Positions 62,981 to 64,000 of a stretch of 64,000 bases of DNA are shown here, piece after piece. The notes beneath the pieces were generated by a model, which worked only from the letters and a program-made list of their open reading frames with translations, did no database searches and was not told where the DNA came from. Position numbers and translations under genes: made by a program. This DNA comes from Candidatus Levyibacteriota bacterium (lineage in GTDB: Bacteria; Patescibacteriota; Microgenomatia; Levybacterales; UBA12049): positions 304,236 through 368,235 of the forward strand of contig CP066685.1 of NCBI GenBank assembly GCA_016432345.1, written 5' to 3'. Positions within the stretch are counted from its first letter, which is position 1. Every line of letters begins with the position of its first letter.

Positions 62981-64000
62981 ATGAAAGTTAAACCAATTGT
63001 TAGAAAGATAGTTATTTATAGAATTGTTTGTTTTATCCTATTTTTAGTTATTTTTGCCAGGCCTACTTTTTTAGTCTATCAACAAAGGGAAAAATTTTTT
63101 TGGCCAGGATACCATTTGCAGTACGAAGCATATCGGTCTACATATTACTCTTCGCAATATGTCCAAAAAAAGAATCCGGGAATTATTCCTGATGAAACAT
63201 TAACTGCTTTTGCAGGAGGCATTTTTTTAAAAGGTATAAATCCTATACTTATAGTACATGATCATCCGCCTTTGGGGCGATATATTATTTCTCTCTCTAT
63301 TTTTCTATTTGATAATGCAAATACAATTGTAATCCCGTTGACTATTATTTCAGTATTGGGAGTATTTCTTATTGGAAGATTATGTTTAAACAACAGCCTA
63401 TTGTTATCGTTTATTCCTCTTGGAATTTTTATTAATGAACCTCTTTTTCTTGGTAAATTTAGTTACTCGCCAGTTCTTGAGTCTGTTCAATTGCCTTTTA
63501 TTATTTTTGCGTTGTATTTTTTTATAAAAGCAATTACAGCAAGAAAATATTTTTTTTGGTTTCTGCTCACCTCGCTTATGTTGGGTTTTGTGATTAGCAC
63601 CAGGTTTTTTATTCTTGGAGCAGCAGAACTTTTTAGCATGATGCTTTACCTGCTTTTGCAAAAAAACTTTGACAGAAGAGTCATTATTTTATTTATTTTA
63701 ACGCTACCCTTATCTCTAATTGTACTCATATTATCATATATAAAAACAATCCAAGCAGGGTATTCTGTTATGCAGGTTTTTTCAATCCAAAAATACATAC
63801 TGGCTTATCAACAATCAAAGTTGATTAATCTTTTTTCTTTCTGGGACTTAATACTTTTTAATAGATGGCATACATGGTGGGCAGATCAGCGGATTATTAC
63901 CGATGATACTTGGATTTTAGCCTGGCCAATTGCTACAGTTCTTACATTTATTAATTTTATATTAGTAGCGTTTAGAAAATTAAGGCTTACCGAATCAGAA
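62981..64000 (+). CDS. Polytopic PMT/GT39-like membrane glycosyltransferase, 3' end beyond the window (not in the ORF track)
   Basis: Manual translation is open from ATG 62981 to nt 64000 (340 codons). The loop DETLTAFAGGIFLKGINPILIVHDHPPLGRYIISLS resembles the PMT_2 DE...HPPLGK motif. Confidence 0.6.
   Translation, partial: MKVKPIVRKIVIYRIVCFILFLVIFARPTFLVYQQREKFFWPGYHLQYEAYRSTYYSSQYVQKKNPGIIPDETLTAFAGGIFLKGINPILIVHDHPPLGRYIISLSIFLFDNANTIVIPLTIISVLGVFLIGRLCLNNSLLLSFIPLGIFINEPLFLGKFSYSPVLESVQLPFIIFALYFFIKAITARKYFFWFLLTSLMLGFVISTRFFILGAAELFSMMLYLLLQKNFDRRVIILFILTLPLSLIVLILSYIKTIQAGYSVMQVFSIQKYILAYQQSKLINLFSFWDLILFNRWHTWWADQRIITDDTWILAWPIATVLTFINFILVAFRKLRLTESE

Noticed and set aside
1-64000. 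Alternative genetic code (UGA recoding, as in some CPR lineages)
   Set aside because: TGA terminates many genes at the expected conserved C-termini and takes part in ATGA start/stop overlaps (for example 1061-1064, 6426-6429, 45242-45245 and 51164-51167). Standard code 11 fits.

Overview
This is an AT-rich bacterial chromosomal window, roughly one-third G+C by eye. It is densely packed: about 70 CDS, 2 tRNAs, very short spacers and many ATGA start/stop overlaps. It uses the standard code, with TGA as a stop. Left to right, the contents are as follows. (1) A small surface-glycosylation locus: a GT2-GtrA fusion plus two polytopic GT-C-like proteins. (2) An Rrf2-regulated suf Fe-S assembly operon (sufCBD-sufS, a NUDIX gene, sufU), running into a ferredoxin and a two-subunit 2-oxoacid:ferredoxin oxidoreductase. 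(3) An HTH/PIN toxin-antitoxin pair. (4) A GT4 gene and a membrane-sensor-fused trehalose-6-phosphate synthase. (5) Housekeeping genes: secDF, an ABC exporter, the CCA-adding enzyme, recJ, aspS, gltX, dgkA, lon, an L,D-transpeptidase, a D,D-carboxypeptidase and a thermonuclease. These are mixed with DUF-type small proteins (DUF5679, DUF4446, DUF3048, DUF2283, DUF378, DUF1003). (6) tRNA-Gln and tRNA-Glu. (7) From about 42.9 kb to the window end, a roughly 21-kb co-directional cluster with 8 polytopic GT-C-type membrane proteins, 6 GT2 enzymes, a Wzx-like flippase, an RfbH-like dehydrase and an SDR. The gene content resembles a Patescibacteria/CPR (Microgenomates-like) genome, but that placement is inference only. 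The most unusual signal is not a gene. At least 14 short tandem arrays with a 7-nt (or 14-nt) unit lie in frame inside 11 genes, including sufC, sufS, secF, recJ, gltX and the oxidoreductase alpha subunit. The same units recur in unrelated genes. Other points worth a second look: a roughly 200-nt GC-rich structured element next to tRNA-Gln that I cannot assign to a known RNA family, a Cache/HAMP-like sensor fused to OtsA, a degenerate RelA/SpoT-like protein, and a very regular promoter-to-ATG spacing that implies leaderless mRNAs. I found no transposase, integrase, CRISPR array or rRNA.
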